DNA of 63,766 bases, the filler included, from Craspedostauros australis (lineage: Eukaryota): NCBI GenBank assembly GCA_030167865.1. It is 21 parts of 21 records of this genome, joined end to end, with 100 filler letters (N's around TTAATTAATTAA, not from the genome) between each part and the next. Parts side by side here need not be neighbours in the genome. Positions count along the whole stretch, not along the records: positions 60,926 to 63,766 come from JALAGF010005076.1; 20 more parts are not named here. One strand, 5' to 3'. How positions within the stretch are numbered: position 1 is the stretch's first letter; each line of letters opens with the position of its first letter. This document shows, in pieces, positions 60,927 to 63,766 of this stretch. Made by a program: the position numbers and the translations under genes. The notes below the pieces were generated by a model. It made no database searches, had not been told where the DNA came from, and worked only from the letters and a program-made list of their open reading frames with translations.

Positions 60927-62224
60927 TGCATGCTTGACTACATCAACAACTTCTTCGCCGTCTTCACCCTCTACGTCGCCCTCGCCATCGAGTTCTCTGG
61001 ACTTCTGCACTCGTGCTACCTCGTCCAGATGTTCTTCGTCTGGGCATCCGGCAAGGAAATCGAGTCGAAGGAACCACCTCGCGACGGTGCCCAGAACCTC
61101 TTCTACTGGGGCCGCATCCTCATCTCTCTCGCCATCCTGTGCTACGCCATGGCCGTCACCCTCGTCGCCCTNTTCGATGGAAAGACCACCATGTGGGCCG
61201 GAGTGCCAAACGGAGTCGCCGTCATCCTCTTCTTCCTCTTCATGTCCATCGTCGGTATGCTCGAGGGTATGCAGATTGCTTTCTTCGCCGTCGCCAAGCT
61301 TCCAAAGGAGGACCGTGGAGACCACCCAATGGCCCGCAAGACCTGCGAACTTCTGTTCCGCGGTGACGGACGCAACCTTCCAGGATTCATGATCGGACGT
61401 CAGATCTGCGTGACCATGTGCTTCTTCATCATCGCCCGTGTCACCACNNNNNNNNNNNNNNNNNNNNNNNNNNNNNNNNNNNNNNNNGTCTCCGACAGCA
61501 CCCAGGAATTCTTCAACACCGGACTTCTCGGAGCCCTCATCACCACCATCATCGCTTCCATCACATGGCAGCTGGTCGCATCCGTCTTCCCAATCGCCTT
61601 CCTCTCCAACCCAATCGTCTACATCTTCCTCCAGTTCTGTNNNNNNNNNNNNNNNNNNNNNNNNNNNNNNNNNNNNNNNNNNNNNNNNNNATCGCCTCCA
61701 TCACATGGCAGCTGGTCGCATCCGTCTTCCCCATCGCCTTCCTTTCCAACCCAATCGTCTACATCTTCCTCCAGCTCTGTCTGTTGTTGGAAGCCACCGG
61801 TATCTGCTCCGGAGCCTGGGTTCTCGCTTCCATTCACAAGGCCGTCTCTGGCTTCCAGCTCGATGAGGTGTACATTGGCACCCCAGAGGAACGTGCCGCC
61901 GGCATGAAGCCAGACCACCAGAGCAACCGCAACCTGCACCTCGGAACCAACGTGCTGACTGGAGAAGCCGGTGCCACCGCCGTTCCACGCGAGTACCTCG
62001 AGATGCAGAAGGCCTTGGCCGCCCAGCCAGAATCCTTCTCTTCCCGCCGTGCCACCATCCTGTCCAACATCAAGAGCCTCCGCGAGGAGGTCGATGGTTG
62101 CGAGAGCAAGGCCGACGCCGCCGTCTTCGAGGCCTCCATCCGCAAGGAGATGCAGGCACTGAACAGACTGAACCAGGAGGAAGAGAGCGACATGACCGAT
62201 GTCGCTCTTGAGATGGATGCCTAA
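60927..62224 (+). CDS. SIT: Diatom silicon transporter, C-terminal part (5'-truncated)
   Basis: CMLD motif at 60927, two GXQ motifs (EGMQ, IGRQ), multiple TM helices, LEATGICSGAW and a coiled-coil-like C-terminus; TAA at 62222. Confidence 0.95.
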
Positions 62225-63742
62225 ACCGATCAATCAATCGATTCACCAATCGATCAACCCATCGATCGATCGATGCTGAGCCACATCAAGCGAACGCATG
62301 CTGAGGACTGTCGCAGCATGAACATGAGTATGCACAGTTGCATATTTTTCCAATGCAATCCAACTGCAAATACAAATGCGGATGCAAATCAAGATGACCC
62401 TCAGTGTGTTGGCATGAAGACACGAATTCAGGAACCAGACAATCATGTCCTGATCTAGTTCGTGATCTCGCAGGACGAGAGCAGGCGCAGCACACACACA
62501 CACTGAACACTAATGAGATACATAAACCAAAGTTAACCAAACAACAGCAAAACAATCACGAAATGAAATGAAATGAAATGAAACGAGGACAAGTACACAA
62601 TCATGGGAACAAAATTGACTCCACCGATCAAAGTTTGTCTGTTTGCATTTTCTCGGAAGTGTAAGTTCGCCGTGTCTGTTTGCGGTGAATCACGAAACGG
62701 ACGCTTCAATTTCCGTTGCTGTTCATAAACTGTCACCTCCCTCGAATCCTGTATGAGACATTTTCGACGTTTTGCAGACAGACAGAGGCTCCAACAACAG
62801 ACTGATTCGGTTATATAGCCTCTCTAGGTTCAGCAACGCCGGTACGAAGCTCAATCATTCGGCTCATTCTGATGTGTTCGCAACAAATCGTATCATGCCA
62901 CATCACAACATGTCCTTCTCTCTTCACTTGCGCTCGCCTGCCCGCCTGGGTGCATCGGCACGGTACCGTACACTCGTGCGGTGCGATTTGGCTGTGGGAA
63001 GATACGAACAAGGTACTCGTACTTGTCCTCGGACACTGTCACAGTGATTGCATTTCACGTTACATGCACTCGTGCGGTATCTCGCCTCGCGCATGAGTGT
63101 TGCGAAGGAAGACACATGACACATGGCACATGACCGGAAGAGACAGGACAAAGGGAGGAAACTTGTGGTGTACGTTGCGATGAAGTGTTTGGCGGAATGA
63201 CAGTTTGGCTCGTTCTTGTTCTCACATCCCGTCACTATTAGCGACAGAGCGACAGAGCGGCAGAAACAGCACGAACAGCAGGGCAACAGCGGGCGACGAG
63301 TTCCGTCTCTGTGATACTCTCTGGGGTCTCCTTCCATCAACTGCTCTGCGTCACGGTGTCTTGCATTTCTCATTGTGCGTTAGGTGTAGTCGTGTTCTGA
63401 TCTTGACGCCGGTGTCGGTGTTGCGGTCATGTCACCTGTTCCATGTTGTGACGACGCGACGCCCATTTCGGCAAGAGCTGGTTTCTGTCCGCACATGCGA
63501 CAGACGTCCACGGCAGTGTGATGGCTGTGGCAGAAAGAGGAAAAACAACCTGTCTGTACCGTGCTTTATTGGTGCCGCTCCACCTCGATCCGAGCAAGGA
63601 ACGCAACGAACGCTCGCGGAGATTGTCATGTTTGCAACTACTGTCACTCATCCACACAACACAGGCCAAAACGAAGCAGGCACATCAACAGAAACGGAGG
63701 ATATACATTATAATAGGTCGTAGAGAGGAGTTCTGTGAACTG

Positions 63743-63766
63743 CTCTCTCTCTCTCTCTCTCTCTCT
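63743..63766. repeat. (CT)n microsatellite at the window end
   Basis: Read directly. Confidence 0.9.

Overview
Eukaryotic DNA, almost certainly from a diatom: it carries a silicon transporter SIT, a diatom-type plastid rrn/ycf89/trnP block and CoDi-like Copia elements. The window is not one locus. It is 21 short scaffolds joined by an artificial 100-nt spacer (N44-TTAATTAATTAA-N44), i.e. a bin of collapsed repeats, so adjacency across linkers means nothing. Content: many Ty1/copia fragments from at least four lineages with their LTRs; a piggyBac-like and a PIF/Harbinger-type DNA transposon; a decayed Ambal-like LINE; part of the plastid inverted repeat; an AT-rich ~774-bp satellite; and partial host genes (patatin, alpha-kinase, ankyrin protein, SIT). 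Top leads: (1) two divergent Copia families carry a related, unnamed ~100-aa helical domain between nucleocapsid and protease, with a C4 zinc motif in one family; (2) a Copia element with a complete -1 frameshift cassette (G GAU UUU, 6-nt spacer, hairpin) between gag and pol; (3) a solo LTR with a 6-bp TSD supported by the host reading frame; (4) a piggyBac end preceded twice by CTAT rather than TTAA; (5) strong CpG-decay signatures, plus one relic with apparently opposite AT-to-GC drift.
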